From Eledone cirrhosa (lineage: Eukaryota), in contig OZ024756.1 of the NCBI GenBank assembly GCA_964016885.1, forward strand, positions 9,982,001 through 10,046,000: 64,000 bases of DNA, read 5' to 3'. Every line of letters begins with the position of its first letter. Position 1 is the stretch's first letter. The notes below the pieces were generated by a model, which searched no databases, was not told where the DNA came from, and saw only the letters and a program-made list of their open reading frames with translations. This document shows positions 63,820-64,000 of this stretch, piece after piece. A program made the position numbers and the translations under genes.

Positions 63820-63918
63820 ATTAACTTTGCATTTCATCCTCACGGGGTCGATAAAATAAAGTACCAGTAATGTACTGGGTAATTTGCTGGCCTTGTGCCA
63901 AAAGTAGAAACAATTATT
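63820..63918 (+). mobile_element. SINE family B fragment
   Basis: ttaactttgcatttcatcctcacggggtcgataaaataaagtaccag... Confidence 0.7.
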
Positions 63919-64000
63919 TATTCAAAGTAATCCAACTTATTTTACAAACGGGATAAAAAAAAATAAACTGTACGCAGTCCCGTAGACCTTTTTTTATTAT

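Overview
Repeat-rich, AT-rich animal genomic DNA. Its SINE/LINE/microsatellite content looks cephalopod (octopus-like), which is an inference. The only host coding sequence I can support is two phase-1 Ig-domain exons (14952-15236 and 46481-46636, + strand) of a CDON/BOC/Ihog-like receptor, separated by a 31 kb intron. Main result: two near-identical, full-length Tx1-clade non-LTR retrotransposons (24084-29676 and 40268-45837, - strand; ORF1 CCHC knuckle, ORF2 APE-RT-zinc finger). Each sits at the same nucleotide of a 60-72-bp tandem repeat inside a different copy of a TTAA-flanked piggyBac-type MITE, with no poly(A) and no TSD. Empty MITE copies occur in the same window, so this looks like a site-specific LINE parasitising a MITE-borne minisatellite. 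Second theme: Penelope-like relics, namely a GIY-YIG ORF, several minimal type-I hammerhead ribozyme motifs with covarying stems, and many (TA)n-adjacent fold-back palindromes. The rest is RTE LINE fragments with a partner CORE-type SINE, a second tRNA-SINE family, non-autonomous Helitrons, and minisatellites including a 7.6-kb 49-bp array with a 588-bp higher-order repeat.
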